From Clostridiales bacterium (GTDB lineage Bacteria > Bacillota > Clostridia > Oscillospirales > Oscillospiraceae), in NCBI GenBank assembly GCA_019418625.1, contig DYBL01000010.1, forward strand, positions 5,167 to 69,166: DNA of 64,000 nt, written 5' to 3'. The notes below the pieces were generated by a model, which saw only the letters and a program-made list of their open reading frames with translations, searched no databases and was not told the origin of the DNA. Every line of letters begins with the position of its first letter. The first letter of the stretch is position 1. Position numbers and translations under genes: made by a program. Of the stretch, positions 47,453 to 59,247 are shown one piece after another.

Positions 47453-48394
47453 ATGGTAGTGGGACGCTTTGCTCCGTCGCCCAGCGGGCGGCTGCACCTG
47501 GGCAATCTTTTCTGCTGCCTGCTGGCCTGGCTCAGCGCCCGGCAGCAGGAGGGACGTGTGGTGCTGCGGGTGGAGGATCTGGACACGGCCCGCTGTCCCC
47601 GGCGGTATGCCGTTCAGGCCATGGAAGACCTTCAATGGCTGGGACTCACCTGGGACGAAGGACCGGGCGTCGGCGGCACGGAGGGGCCCTATTTTCAAAG
47701 TGAGCGGACGGCGCTCTATCGTGCGGCGCTGAAAAAGCTGGAGGACATGGGGCTGGTGTACCCTTGCTTTTGCACCCGGGCGGAGCTGCACGCTGCCAGT
47801 GCCCCCCACCGGGAAGACGGGCAGGTCATCTACCCGGGCACCTGCCGGCGCCTTACGGCGGCGCAGGCGGCGGAAAAGGCCAAGGTCCGCGCCCCGGCCC
47901 TGCGGCTGCGGGTGCCGGATGAAGTGATCGCCTTTACTGACCGGCACATGGGGCCCTATGCGGAGAACCTGGCCCGGGACTGCGGAGACTTTCTTCTGCG
48001 CCGGTCCGACGGTATGTTTGCCTACCAGCTGGCCGTGGTGGTGGACGACGCCGCCATGGGCGTGACGGAGGTGGTGCGGGGGTCGGATCTGCTGGACTCC
48101 ACCCCGCGGCAGCTGCTGCTCTACCGGCTGCTGGATCTGCCATCGCCCCGGTTCTGCCACTTCCCGCTGCTGCTGAGCCACGACGGGCGCAGGCTCAGCA
48201 AGCGGGACGCGGACGCGGGACTGGAAGTGCTCATGGGGCGGCTGAGCCCGAAAGAGATATTGGGCAGGCTCGCCTACCTGGGCGGGTTCCATCCCTCCGC
48301 TGCGCCGGCCTCCGCCGTGGAGCTGCTGGCGGAATTTGACTGGGACAAGGTGCCCCGGGAGGATATTCCGATCCCAAAGGGGCTTTTTGACTGA
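47453..48394 (+). CDS. gluQ: tRNA glutamyl-Q(34) synthetase GluQRS
   Basis: GRFAPSPSGRLHLGN, LRVEDLD, YPCFCTR, YQLAVVVDD, VVRGSDL, RLSKRD; lacks the GluRS anticodon domain. Confidence 0.9.
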   Translation: MVVGRFAPSPSGRLHLGNLFCCLLAWLSARQQEGRVVLRVEDLDTARCPRRYAVQAMEDLQWLGLTWDEGPGVGGTEGPYFQSERTALYRAALKKLEDMGLVYPCFCTRAELHAASAPHREDGQVIYPGTCRRLTAAQAAEKAKVRAPALRLRVPDEVIAFTDRHMGPYAENLARDCGDFLLRRSDGMFAYQLAVVVDDAAMGVTEVVRGSDLLDSTPRQLLLYRLLDLPSPRFCHFPLLLSHDGRRLSKRDADAGLEVLMGRLSPKEILGRLAYLGGFHPSAAPASAVELLAEFDWDKVPREDIPIPKGLFD

Positions 48395-48401
48395 ACGCGC
48401 C

Positions 48402-48440
48402 GAAAAAAGAGGCCGCAGGCATTGCCTGCGGCCTCTCTTT
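48402..48440. terminator. Bidirectional terminator
   Basis: AAAAAAGAGGCCGCAGGCA-T-TGCCTGCGGCCTCTCTTT. Confidence 0.8.
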
Positions 48441-48465
48441 GCATAGAAACCAGATGCGGCGGGCA

Positions 48466-48927
48466 TCAGTTGCCCGGGATCCGTGCCTCGGGGATATCCA
48501 CCTCCGGCATCAGCTCACGGCTGACGACGGTGAGCATCTCCTCCAGCTTGGCGCACTCTTCCGGCGTAAAGCGATCGGCGATGCGTTGCATGACCTCCAC
48601 CATGTAGGAGGTGGAAATATTGTAGTAGTCGATATACTTCTGGGTAACCTCCAGGTGATATTCCCGCTTGTCCTCGTGAGACTGCACCTTACGGATATAG
48701 CCCTTTTTCACCAGACTGTTGACCTTGTAGGCGGCATTGGGCGGGGAGATCCGCATGAAGGTGGCAAACTCGTTGACCGTGGGGGTCCCCAAAGCCTGGA
48801 TGGTCTCCATGCAGAAGGTCTCCACGGTGGTAAGGCTTGCCTCACGGTCCTGGAAGCGGCGGAAGATCTCCTGGTAAAAGTGGAGTTTGAATTTTGTATA
48901 CACGTTAAAGAAAGCCTGTTCCAGCAT
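48466..48927 (-). CDS. MarR-family regulator (possible fab regulator)
   Basis: PTVNEFA...VNSLVKKGYI...DKREYHL winged helix; directly downstream of fabZ. Confidence 0.85.
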   Translation of the reverse strand: MLEQAFFNVYTKFKLHFYQEIFRRFQDREASLTTVETFCMETIQALGTPTVNEFATFMRISPPNAAYKVNSLVKKGYIRKVQSHEDKREYHLEVTQKYIDYYNISTSYMVEVMQRIADRFTPEECAKLEEMLTVVSRELMPEVDIPEARIPGN

Positions 48928-49001
48928 AGAATGTGCGCTCACTTTCCCGCAAATTTTTCCTTTTTCCACAGTATAGCAATCCCGCGGGAAATCCGCAACG
49001 G

Positions 49002-49439
49002 TCAGTTTACACCGATGGCGAAGGTCAGCTCCGCCGCAGCGACCACTTTGCCGTCCACCGTGGCCTTGGCCTCGCCCACGCCCACGGGGCCCCGCCGCTT
49101 GGTGAGGACGCATTCCAGCTCCACCACGTCGCCGGGGGTGACCTTGGACTTGAAGCGGGCGTTCTTGATGCCGCCGAAGTATGCGGTCTTGCCCTGATAC
49201 TCGGGAAGAGAGAGGATGGCCACGGCGCCCACCTGGGCCATGGCTTCGATCAGCAGCACGCCGGGCATGACGTGCTCCTGGGGGAAGTGGCCGCAAAAGA
49301 CCGGCTCGCCCACGCTGACGCACTTGATGCCGCGGGCCCACTGGCCGGGCTCGCCGTCGATGATCCGGTCCACCAGGGCAAAGGGATAGCGGTGGGGCAG
49401 GATCTGGGCGATCTCATTGGAATTGAGCTTGAGTCCCAT
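49002..49439 (-). CDS. fabZ: 3-hydroxyacyl-ACP dehydratase
   Basis: LPHRYPFALVD, GHFP, MPGVLLIEAMAQ. Confidence 0.96.
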   Translation of the reverse strand: MGLKLNSNEIAQILPHRYPFALVDRIIDGEPGQWARGIKCVSVGEPVFCGHFPQEHVMPGVLLIEAMAQVGAVAILSLPEYQGKTAYFGGIKNARFKSKVTPGDVVELECVLTKRRGPVGVGEAKATVDGKVVAAAELTFAIGVN

Positions 49440-49441
49440 GC

Positions 49442-50683
49442 TTACGCCTCCCACTTCTTCAGAAGAACGCTGCCGTTGTGGCCGCCGAAGCCCAGAGAGT
49501 TGGACAGGGCGTAACGCACGTCGGCGCTGCGGCCCACATTGGGCACCACATCCAGATCGCACTCGGGATCGGGCACGGAGTAGTGGATGGTGGCGGGCAG
49601 GTAGCCGTCCTTCAGGGTCAGAGCGGTGAAAATGGCCTCCACGGCGCCGGCGGCGCCCAGCATGTGGCCGGTCATGGACTTGGTGGAGCTCATGGCAAGC
49701 TTATGGGCATGGCCGCCGAAGACGGTCTTGACCGCGGCGGTCTCGCCGGCGTCATTGAGGTGGGTGGAGGTGCCGTGGGCATTGATGTAGTTCACTTCTT
49801 CCGCCTGGATGCCTGCGTCGGCGATGGCCATGGCCATGGCCTTGGCGCCGCCGGAGCCGTCGGGCCGGGGCGCAGTCATGTGGTAGGCGTCACAGGTGGC
49901 GCCATAGCCCACGATCTCGGCGTAGATATGGGCACCGCGCTTGAGCGCGTGCTCCAGTTCCTCCAGCACCAGCACGCCGGCGCCCTCGCCCAGCACGAAG
50001 CCGGAGCGCTCGGCATCAAAGGGGATGGAGGCGCGGGCGGGATCCGTGGCCTGGCTCAGGGCCTTCATGGAGGTGAAGCCGCCGATGGCCAGGGGAGTCA
50101 CCGCTGCCTCCGTGCCGCCGCAGAGCATCACGTCGGCGTAGCCGTCGCGCACATAGTGGAACGCGTCGCCCACGGCGTTGGTGCCGCCGGCGCAGGCGGT
50201 CACCGGGCAGATGCACATGCCGCGGAAGCCCGTGTCGATGGCCACCTGGCCTGCGGCCATGTTGGAGATGGCGGTGGGGATATAGAAAGGAGACACCCGG
50301 TCCCAGCCGCGGGCAAGGCCCCGGTCGTGCTCGGCCTCGGTGATGGAGAGGCCGCCGATGCCGCTGGAGATGATGACGCCGCAGCGGTCCAGATCCTCAT
50401 TTTCGGTCACGAGGCCGCTGTCGGCCATGGCCTCCCGGGCGCACACCACGGCGAACTGGGTGAAACGGCCCATGCGCTTGGCCTCGGGCTTGCCCAGGTG
50501 GTCCTCCGGCACGAAGCCCTTGACCTCGGCGGCCAGGGACACCTTCATGCCCTCGGTGTCGAACTGGGTGATGGGCGCCACGCCGCACACGCCGTCTTTG
50601 ACGGCCTGCCAGCTCTCCGGCGCGGTAAGGCCAACGGGGGTGATGGCCCCCAGGCCGGTGATGACGACTCTGCGTCGATCCAT
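49442..50683 (-). CDS. fabF: 3-oxoacyl-ACP synthase II
   Basis: RRVVITGLG, TACAG, NAHGTST, KSMTGH, NSLGFGGHN. Confidence 0.96.
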   Translation of the reverse strand: MDRRRVVITGLGAITPVGLTAPESWQAVKDGVCGVAPITQFDTEGMKVSLAAEVKGFVPEDHLGKPEAKRMGRFTQFAVVCAREAMADSGLVTENEDLDRCGVIISSGIGGLSITEAEHDRGLARGWDRVSPFYIPTAISNMAAGQVAIDTGFRGMCICPVTACAGGTNAVGDAFHYVRDGYADVMLCGGTEAAVTPLAIGGFTSMKALSQATDPARASIPFDAERSGFVLGEGAGVLVLEELEHALKRGAHIYAEIVGYGATCDAYHMTAPRPDGSGGAKAMAMAIADAGIQAEEVNYINAHGTSTHLNDAGETAAVKTVFGGHAHKLAMSSTKSMTGHMLGAAGAVEAIFTALTLKDGYLPATIHYSVPDPECDLDVVPNVGRSADVRYALSNSLGFGGHNGSVLLKKWEA

Positions 50684-50770
50684 AGTGTAACCTCCAAATT
50701 CGTTCAATTCAAAGCAGCTCCGGGCCCGCAGCGGGCGGAGCGCCGCAGGACGATGTCCCGCGGGCTTTTC

Positions 50771-51514
50771 TTACATGGCCATGCCGCCGTCCACGGCCAG
50801 CACCTGGCCGGTGATGTAGGCGGCCTCGTCGCTTGCCAGGAAGGCGATGGCGCGGGCCACGTCCTCCGCCGCGCCCAGCCGGCCCATGGGGATGGAGGCC
50901 AGGGTGGCGGTCTTGGCCGCGTCGGTCATGGCGGCGGTCATATCGGTCTCAATGAAGCCGGGAGCCACGGCGTTGACGGTGACGCCCCGGGTGGCCAGTT
51001 CCTTGGCCATGGACTTGGTCATGCCGATGACGCCGGCCTTGCTGGCGGCGTAGTTGATCTGACCGGCATTGCCCCGCAGGCCCACCACGCTGGAGAGGTT
51101 GACGATGCGGCCATAGCGCTGGCGCATCATGGGCCGGGCCACCGCCCGCATGCAGTAGAACGCGCCCTTGAGGTTGGTGTCCACCACCGCGTCAAAATCG
51201 GCGTCCTTCATGGTCATGAGCAGACCGTCCCGGGTGATGCCCGCGTTGTTGACCAGAATGTGCACGGCGCCGAAGGTGGAGATGGCGGTGTCCATCAGGG
51301 CCTTGACCTCCTCGGCATTGGCCACGTTGCACTGAACGGCCAGGGCCTTGGCGCCCAGAGCTTCGCACTCGGCCACGGTCTTGGCGGCGGATTCGGCGTT
51401 GCCGGCATAGCACAGTACCACGTTGGCGCCGCCCCGGGCCAGCTCCAGGCACACGGCCTTGCCGATGCCCCGGCTTCCGCCGGTGACCACGGCGGTCTTT
51501 CCTGTAAAGTTCAT
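50771..51514 (-). CDS. fabG: 3-oxoacyl-ACP reductase
   Basis: TGGSRGIG, NNAGITRD, YAASK, PGFIETDMT. Confidence 0.96.
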   Translation of the reverse strand: MNFTGKTAVVTGGSRGIGKAVCLELARGGANVVLCYAGNAESAAKTVAECEALGAKALAVQCNVANAEEVKALMDTAISTFGAVHILVNNAGITRDGLLMTMKDADFDAVVDTNLKGAFYCMRAVARPMMRQRYGRIVNLSSVVGLRGNAGQINYAASKAGVIGMTKSMAKELATRGVTVNAVAPGFIETDMTAAMTDAAKTATLASIPMGRLGAAEDVARAIAFLASDEAAYITGQVLAVDGGMAM

Positions 51515-51515
51515 A

Positions 51516-52445
51516 TTATCTCTCCTTGATCCAGGCCTTGAGCGCCTCCACGTCCTCCACGGTCTCCACGCTGATGACGGGCATCTCCGGCACGGTTTTC
51601 TTCACAAATCCGGCCAGGGCCTTGCCCGGGCCGATCTCCACGATGCCGTCCACGCCCATGGCGGCCATCTTGCGGATGGAGTCCTCCATAAAGACGCTGC
51701 TTTGCACCTGACGGACCAGCAGGTCCTGGATGGTGACGGAGTCATCCTTCACGTCGCCCAGGCAGTTGAAGATCACGTCGATCTGGGGTTGGGCGAAGTC
51801 CACGCCCTGGAAATAGCTCCGCAGGGCGTCGCCGGCGGGGGCCATGAGGGGCGTGTGGAAGGGGCCGCTGACCTTCAAAGGCAGGCACCGGCGGGCGCCC
51901 TTTTCCTTGGCCAGGGCGGCGGCCTTTTCCACGGCGGCCTTTTCGCCGCCGATGACCAGCTGGCCGGGGCAGTTGTAGTTGGCGATGACCACGCAGCCAA
52001 GATCGCCGGCCTCGTCGCAGCAGGCCTGCAAAGGCGCCCGGTCCAGGTTCAAAACGGCCATCATGGCGCTTTCCCGTCCGGCGGCCGCCTCCTCCATGGC
52101 GCGGCCCCGGAAGGCCACCAGCTTCACGGCGGTGGCGGCGTCGAACACGCCGGCGGCGTGGAGGGCGGAGTACTCGCCCAGGGAAAGACCGGCGGCCACG
52201 GCGGGCTCGATGCCCTCCTGGCGCAGCACGGCGGTGAGGCCCGCGGCGAACGCCACCATGCACGGCTGGGTGTAGCGGGTCTGGTTCAAAATGCCGTCGG
52301 GGTCCTCGAAGGACACCTTCTTCAGGTCGAAGTCCACCTCCGCGCTGTCCAGTACGGCGCGGAAGGCGTCAAAGGTCCGGTACAGGTCGGCACCCATCCC
52401 CGGGTGCTGGCTGCCCTGTCCGGCGTATAAAAAGCCAAGCTTCAT
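51516..52445 (-). CDS. fabD: Malonyl-CoA:ACP transacylase
   Basis: AGQGSQ, GLSLGEY, ANYNCPGQ, VSGPFH, EIGPG. Confidence 0.96.
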   Translation of the reverse strand: MKLGFLYAGQGSQHPGMGADLYRTFDAFRAVLDSAEVDFDLKKVSFEDPDGILNQTRYTQPCMVAFAAGLTAVLRQEGIEPAVAAGLSLGEYSALHAAGVFDAATAVKLVAFRGRAMEEAAAGRESAMMAVLNLDRAPLQACCDEAGDLGCVVIANYNCPGQLVIGGEKAAVEKAAALAKEKGARRCLPLKVSGPFHTPLMAPAGDALRSYFQGVDFAQPQIDVIFNCLGDVKDDSVTIQDLLVRQVQSSVFMEDSIRKMAAMGVDGIVEIGPGKALAGFVKKTVPEMPVISVETVEDVEALKAWIKER

Positions 52446-53530
52446 TGCGCGGCCCTCCATTCACTCATGATCTGCTCCATCTGGGCACGGACGGTGGAAA
52501 GGCGGTTGACCTTTCCGGCGCCGGCGCCGCAGAAAAAGAGCCCGTTTTCCCAGTCGCCCCGCACGGCGGCGATCAGCGCCCGGGAGATGCAGTAGGGAGC
52601 GGTTTTATAGTCGCAGGCGGAAAGGCACTTCATGCACCGCTCCACCGCAGGCTGGGTGCCTGCCTCCACCCGCTCGATGAGGGGGGAGCGCAGGGCGCGG
52701 CCGGGCAGGCCCACAGGACTTTGCACGATGGCGATGTCCTCGTCCCGGGCGTCCAGCAGGCGCTGCTTGTAGGCCGGGGAGGTGTCGCACTCCTCCGTGG
52801 CGATGAAGCGGGTGGCGAACTGGGCGCCGGCGGCGCCCTCTTTCATGTAGCGGGCCATTTCCGCGCCATCGGCAATGCCGCCGGCCACGAACACGGGGAT
52901 GTCCCGGCCATACTTGTCCCGATAGGGGGCGATGGCCTCCAGCACCTCATGCAGAAGGTCGGAGAGGGACTTGGGATGTCCCGCCTGGGCCTCCAGGGCC
53001 TCCTCTTTGGAAAAGCCCAGATGTCCGCCGGCGAGAGGTCCCTCCAGCACCAGAAAATCGGGGATGCGGTGGTGGTGCTTATCCCACAGGCGGCAGATGA
53101 GCCCCGCCGCCCGTCCGCCGCTGACCACCGGGGCCAGGGCGGCGTCGCTTTCGGGGACCTCCGCTGCGATGGCGGGCAGGTCACGGGGCAGTCCCGCGCC
53201 GCAGACCACCGCGTCCACACCGGCGCGCAGGGCGGTGCGCACGCTCTCGGCATACTGGGTAGTGGCCACCATGGCGTTGATGGCAACCAGCCCGGCCCCG
53301 TGGGCGGCTTCCTTGGCCCGGCGCACCTGGGCGGCCAGGGCCCGCAGGTTGGCTCCCTTGGGGTCAGTGGCAAAGTCCGGCTCATCAAAGCCGCACACGG
53401 CGGTGGAGATGGTGCCCATGCCGCCGCAGGCGGCCACGGCGCCGGCCAGGCGGTCCAGGCTCACGCCTACGCCCATGCCGCCCTGGAGAATGGGAAGGGG
53501 CAGATGCTTGCCCCGGATCGTCAGGCCCAT
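52442..53530 (-). CDS. Nitronate-monooxygenase-family flavoprotein with a C-terminal Cys cluster (FabX/UfaA-like)
   Basis: PILQGGMGVG, EGPLAGGHLG, SPVGLPGRA, CMKCLSAC...YCI. Confidence 0.8.
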   Translation of the reverse strand: MGLTIRGKHLPLPILQGGMGVGVSLDRLAGAVAACGGMGTISTAVCGFDEPDFATDPKGANLRALAAQVRRAKEAAHGAGLVAINAMVATTQYAESVRTALRAGVDAVVCGAGLPRDLPAIAAEVPESDAALAPVVSGGRAAGLICRLWDKHHHRIPDFLVLEGPLAGGHLGFSKEEALEAQAGHPKSLSDLLHEVLEAIAPYRDKYGRDIPVFVAGGIADGAEMARYMKEGAAGAQFATRFIATEECDTSPAYKQRLLDARDEDIAIVQSPVGLPGRALRSPLIERVEAGTQPAVERCMKCLSACDYKTAPYCISRALIAAVRGDWENGLFFCGAGAGKVNRLSTVRAQMEQIMSEWRAAQ

Positions 53531-54459
53531 TCCTTCGCCGCCGCCTCCAGCACGCTGCGTCCGCCGCTGTACAGCTCTTCAAAGATCTGCCGCAGGGGAC
53601 GGATCTCGTGGAGCATGCCGGCCACCTGGCCGCTCATGACGCTGCCGTGCTCCACGTCGCCTTCCAGCACGGCCCGGCGGAGGCCGCCCAGCGTGACGGC
53701 TTCCAGCTCCTCCAAGGAGGCGCCGCGCTTTTCAAGAGCCAGGTATTCCCGGGCCATCTTGTTTTTCAGCACACGCACAGGCCCGCCGATGGAGCGGCCG
53801 GTGACGGTGGTGTCAGAGTCTTTGGCCTTGAGGATGGCCTGCTTGTAATTTTCATGGATGGGGCACTCCTCGCTTGCCAGAAGGCAGGTGCCCACCTGGA
53901 TGCCGCAGGCGCCCAGTGCGAAGGCCGCTGCCGCCTGCCGTCCGTCGGCGATGCCGCCGGCGGCTACCACGGGCACGTCCACGGCGTCGATGACCTGGGG
54001 CACCAGGGCCATGGTGGTCATCTCACCCACATGGCCGCCGGACTCCGTGCCCTCGGCGATGACGGCGTCCACACCCAGGCGCACCAGGCGCTTGGCAAGC
54101 ACCGTGGCGGCAACCACGGGCATCACCTTGATGCCGTGGTCCTTCCAGGCGGGAACGTACTTGCCGGGGTTGCCGGCGCCGGTGGTGACCACCTGGACGC
54201 CCTCGTCGATGATGACCTGGGCGATCTCGTCGGCACAGGGGTTCATGAGCATGAGGTTGACGCCGAAGGGCTTGTCGGTCAGCTCCTTGGCCCGGCGGAT
54301 CTCCTGGCGCAGACGCTGGCCGTCCCAGGCGCCGGTGGCGATCATGCCCAGAGCGCCGGCGTTGGAACAGGCGGCGGCGAACTCACCGGTGGCGATATTG
54401 GCCATGCCGCCCTGGATGATGGGGAACTCTGTTCCCAGAATTTCGTTCAGCTTTTTCAT
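53521..54459 (-). CDS. fabK: Enoyl-ACP reductase II
   Basis: PIIQGGMA, PFGVNLMLM, EGTESGGHVG, AAGGIADGR, MSGQVAG. Confidence 0.9.
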   Translation of the reverse strand: MKKLNEILGTEFPIIQGGMANIATGEFAAACSNAGALGMIATGAWDGQRLRQEIRRAKELTDKPFGVNLMLMNPCADEIAQVIIDEGVQVVTTGAGNPGKYVPAWKDHGIKVMPVVAATVLAKRLVRLGVDAVIAEGTESGGHVGEMTTMALVPQVIDAVDVPVVAAGGIADGRQAAAAFALGACGIQVGTCLLASEECPIHENYKQAILKAKDSDTTVTGRSIGGPVRVLKNKMAREYLALEKRGASLEELEAVTLGGLRRAVLEGDVEHGSVMSGQVAGMLHEIRPLRQIFEELYSGGRSVLEAAAKEWA

Positions 54460-54471
54460 GTATTGCTCCTC

Positions 54472-55422
54472 TTACGCAAACTCCACCAGGGCGCCGCCCC
54501 AGGTCAGGCCGCCGCCGAAGCCCACGACCAGCACCCGGGAGCCGTGGCCCACCTTGCCCATCTCGTGCAGCTCGCCGATGACCAGCGGGATGCTGGCGGC
54601 GGAGGTGTTGCCGTACTCGGCGATGTTCTTGTAATACTTTTCCTGCGGGATGTGGTACTTGCGCACCACCAGGTCGATGATACGGGCATTGGCCTGGTGG
54701 AAGACGAAAAAGTCCACGTCGTCGATGGTCATGCCGGTTTTTGCCAGGACCTGATCCATGCAGTAGGGCACGGCTTCCACAGCGAACTTGAAGACCTTGG
54801 TGCCCTCCATGGAGATGAGGCTCCGCTCCGCCGTCTCCACGCCGGGGACCCGCAGGATCTGGGCATCACCGTGACAGCCCAGCACGGCGGAGATGGAGTT
54901 CCACTCCGGCCGGCTTTCCACCACCGCGGCACCGGCGCCGTCGCCGAAGAGGATGCAGGTGCCACGGTCGGACCAGTTGATGATGCGGCTGAGGTTCTCC
55001 GCGCCGATCACCAGGCCGAACTTGCGCTCGGAGGCGGCCAGCAGGCACTCCATGGTGTGCAGGGCGTACAAAAAGCCGGTGCAGGCGGCGTTGAGGTCGA
55101 AGCAGGGGATGTCCATGGGCAGTCCCAGCTCCCGCTGCAGCACACAGGCGGCGGAGGGCACCAGGGTGTCCGGCGTCAGGGTGGCCACGATGCACGCGCC
55201 GATGGAGTCGACGGAGATGCCGGAAGATTCCAGCGCCTTGCGGGCGGCCTGCACGGTCATATCGGTGATGGTCTCTCCCTGCGCCATGTGGTGGCGGCGG
55301 GAGATGCCGGTGCGGGAGGTGATCCACTCGTCGTTGGTCTCCACGATTTTGGCAAGGTCGTCGTTGGTGACGATCTTGGACGGGGCAGCGTATCCGGTGC
55401 CCACGATCTTGATTCCGTTCAT
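54472..55422 (-). CDS. fabH: 3-oxoacyl-ACP synthase III
   Basis: AACTGF, FGDGAGA, HQANARI, GNTSAAS, GFGGGLTWG. Confidence 0.96.
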   Translation of the reverse strand: MNGIKIVGTGYAAPSKIVTNDDLAKIVETNDEWITSRTGISRRHHMAQGETITDMTVQAARKALESSGISVDSIGACIVATLTPDTLVPSAACVLQRELGLPMDIPCFDLNAACTGFLYALHTMECLLAASERKFGLVIGAENLSRIINWSDRGTCILFGDGAGAAVVESRPEWNSISAVLGCHGDAQILRVPGVETAERSLISMEGTKVFKFAVEAVPYCMDQVLAKTGMTIDDVDFFVFHQANARIIDLVVRKYHIPQEKYYKNIAEYGNTSAASIPLVIGELHEMGKVGHGSRVLVVGFGGGLTWGGALVEFA

Positions 55423-56240
55423 AGCTCCTCCTTGTTGGGAGCTGCGGCCCCCATGCTTCTGAATTTCTGGTAGCGCTCGGCGGAAAGGGCCTTGCCGCCC
55501 AGCTTGTCCAGCTCCGCCAGATGGCGGGTGAGCGCCCGGTCCAGCTGGCGGAACGCGATGGCGCTGGCCAAATGGGCGCCGCCCTCGGGCTCGGGTACGA
55601 TGTCGTCAATGACGCCCAGAGAGAGAAGGTCCGGCGCCGTCAGCTTCATGAGCTCGCAGGCCTCGGCGCTGCGGGCAGCGTCTTTCCACAAGATGGAGGC
55701 AAAGCCTTCGGGAGAGAGGATGGCGTACACGGCGTTTTCCAGCATGAGCACCCGGTTGGCAACGCCCAGCGCCAATGCACCGCCGCTGTTGCCCTCGCCG
55801 GTGATGACGGCGATGACGGGGACCTCCAGCCGGCTCATCTCAAAGAGGTTGCGGGCGATGGCCTCGCCCTGGCCCCGTTCCTCGGCCTCCAGGCCGGGGT
55901 AGGCGCCGGAGGTATCGATGAAGGTGAGGATGGGGCGGCGGAACTTCTCCGCCTGGCGCATGAGCCGCAGGGCCTTGCGGTAGCCCTCCGGACCGGGCAT
56001 GCCGAAGTTGCACTTGAGGTTTTCCTCCAGCGTCTTGCCCTTGCGGGTGCCGATGACGGTGACGGGCCGTCCGTGGTAGAGGGCCACGCCGCCCAAAATG
56101 GCGGCGTCCTCTCCGGCCAGGCGGTCACCCCGCTGCTCGAAAAAGTCGGTGAACAGCGCGCCGATGAAGTCGGTGATGTTGGGCCGCTGGGGATGGCGGG
56201 CAATGGCCACCCGCTCGGCGGCGGTGAGAGCAGCGCTCAT
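55419..56240 (-). CDS. accA: Acetyl-CoA carboxylase carboxyltransferase alpha
   Basis: [36 protein letters not shown]. Confidence 0.95.
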   Translation of the reverse strand: MSAALTAAERVAIARHPQRPNITDFIGALFTDFFEQRGDRLAGEDAAILGGVALYHGRPVTVIGTRKGKTLEENLKCNFGMPGPEGYRKALRLMRQAEKFRRPILTFIDTSGAYPGLEAEERGQGEAIARNLFEMSRLEVPVIAVITGEGNSGGALALGVANRVLMLENAVYAILSPEGFASILWKDAARSAEACELMKLTAPDLLSLGVIDDIVPEPEGGAHLASAIAFRQLDRALTRHLAELDKLGGKALSAERYQKFRSMGAAAPNKEEL

Positions 56241-57087
56241 ACGCGGCCTCCTTTCTCATGCAGCCGCAGCAGCTGGGCCAGGGTGTCCCGCATATCCGTG
56301 CGGGAGACCACCTGATCCACAAAGCCGTGCTCCATCTGAAACTCCGCGCGCTGGAAGCCCTCGGGCAGCGTCTCGCCGATGGTCTGCTGGATGACCCGGG
56401 GGCCCGCAAAACCGATGAGGGCGCCGGGCTCGGCCAGGATGATGTCGCCCAGGGAGGCGAAGCTGGCGGTGACGCCGCCGGTGGTGGGATCCGTCAGTAC
56501 GGAGATATACAAAAGCCCCTTTTCGGAAAAACGGGCCAGGGCGGCGGAAGTCTTGGCCATCTGCATCAGCGAGAGGATGCCCTCCTGCATGCGGGCGCCG
56601 CCGCTGGCGGAAAAGAGGATGAGGGGAAGCTTGTTCTTTGCGGCAAATTCAATGGCCAGGGTGATCTTCTCACCCACGGCGGCACTCATGGAGCCCATGA
56701 AGAACCGGCTGTCCAGCACGCCCACCACGCACCGGCGTCCGCCGATGGTGCCTGTGGCGGTAACGGCGGCCTCGCCCAGACCGGTCTTGCGCTGGGCGGC
56801 GCGGACCTTTTCGGGGTAGCCGGGGAAGTGCAGGGGATCGCCTGCGGTCAGCTTGGGGTTCAGTTCCCGGAATGAGCCGGGATCGAGGATGGTGCTGAGG
56901 CGGTAATAGGCGCCGATGGGGAAGTGGTAGCCGCACTTGGGACACACGGACAACCCCTGGGCGACGGTACGCCGCTCGCTCTCCTGTCCGCACTTGGGGC
57001 AGGTGATGAGCTTGTCGCCGGGGATGTAGTTGTCCCGCATGGCCTTCATGGCCAGCAGCCGCGCCCGGCGCTTGGCGAAGATCGTGT

Positions 57088-57091
<4 letters not shown>
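56237..57091 (-). CDS. accD: Acetyl-CoA carboxylase carboxyltransferase beta
   Basis: Zinc finger CPKC...[35 protein letters not shown]. Confidence 0.95.
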
Positions 57092-58472
<1,381 letters not shown>

Positions 58473-58479
<7 letters not shown>

Positions 58480-58919
58480 GGCTTGTAACGGAACAGAGGC
58501 TCGCCGAAGGAGACCAGCTCGCCGTTGGCCTTGAGCACTTCTTCAATGATGCAGTCGCAGGGAGCCGGCACCTCGCTCATCATCTTCATGGCCTCGATGA
58601 GACACACGGTCTGACCCTTGGAGACCTTGTCGCCTGCGGACACGAAGGGAGCCTGGTCAGGAGCGGAGGCGGCATAGTAGGTACCCACCAGCGGCGCGGT
58701 GATGGCGGGAGCCTCTTCTGCGCCGGCAGCGGCGGGGACTGCCGCCGGTGCGGCAGGCGCGGGGGAGGCGGGCATGGCCGCTGCGGGCGCGGCGGCGTAT
58801 ACGGGAGCCGGCTCGGGCCGGCACAGTTCTATGGAAAAATCCTGACAGGAGAGCTTCATGGATTGCAGCTTGCTGCGCTCGAAGCGGTCCATCAGATCAA
58901 AAATCTCTTGATTGGTCAT
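58473..58919 (-). CDS. accB: Biotin carboxyl carrier protein
   Basis: EAMKM biotinylation site; Ala/Pro linker. Confidence 0.95.
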
Positions 58920-58985
58920 ATTGTTCCTTTCTGGGCGGAAAGAGTTTCCCCGCCGGGGAGCTGGGCTCACCGGCGGGGGTCACAG

Positions 58986-59216
58986 TCAGTTCTGGTGGGC
59001 CTTCAGATAAGTGAGGATGTCGCCCACGGTCTTCAGACCGGCCACATCGGCGTCATCGATGGAGATGCCGGTAGCTTCCTCCAGAGCCATCACCAGCTCC
59101 ACGGAAGCCAGGGAGTCGGCGCCCAGATCGTCAGCCAGGCTGGCCTCGGGGGTCACCTGCTCGGCCTCGCAGCCCAGGGTCTCCACGATGATGTCGCGTA
59201 CTTTCTCGAATTCCAT
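58986..59216 (-). CDS. acpP: Acyl carrier protein
   Basis: DLGADSL phosphopantetheine site; acidic 76-aa protein. Confidence 0.95.
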   Translation of the reverse strand: MEFEKVRDIIVETLGCEAEQVTPEASLADDLGADSLASVELVMALEEATGISIDDADVAGLKTVGDILTYLKAHQN

Positions 59217-59247
59217 ATGCGGTACTCCTTATTTTGTCGAAATGTAA

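Noticed and set aside
48466..49341. 291-aa ORF suggesting an extended MarR or a FabZ-MarR fusion
   Set aside because: fabZ ends with its own stop at 49002 in another frame; the MarR domain starts at 48927, with a TATACT-type promoter in the spacer.
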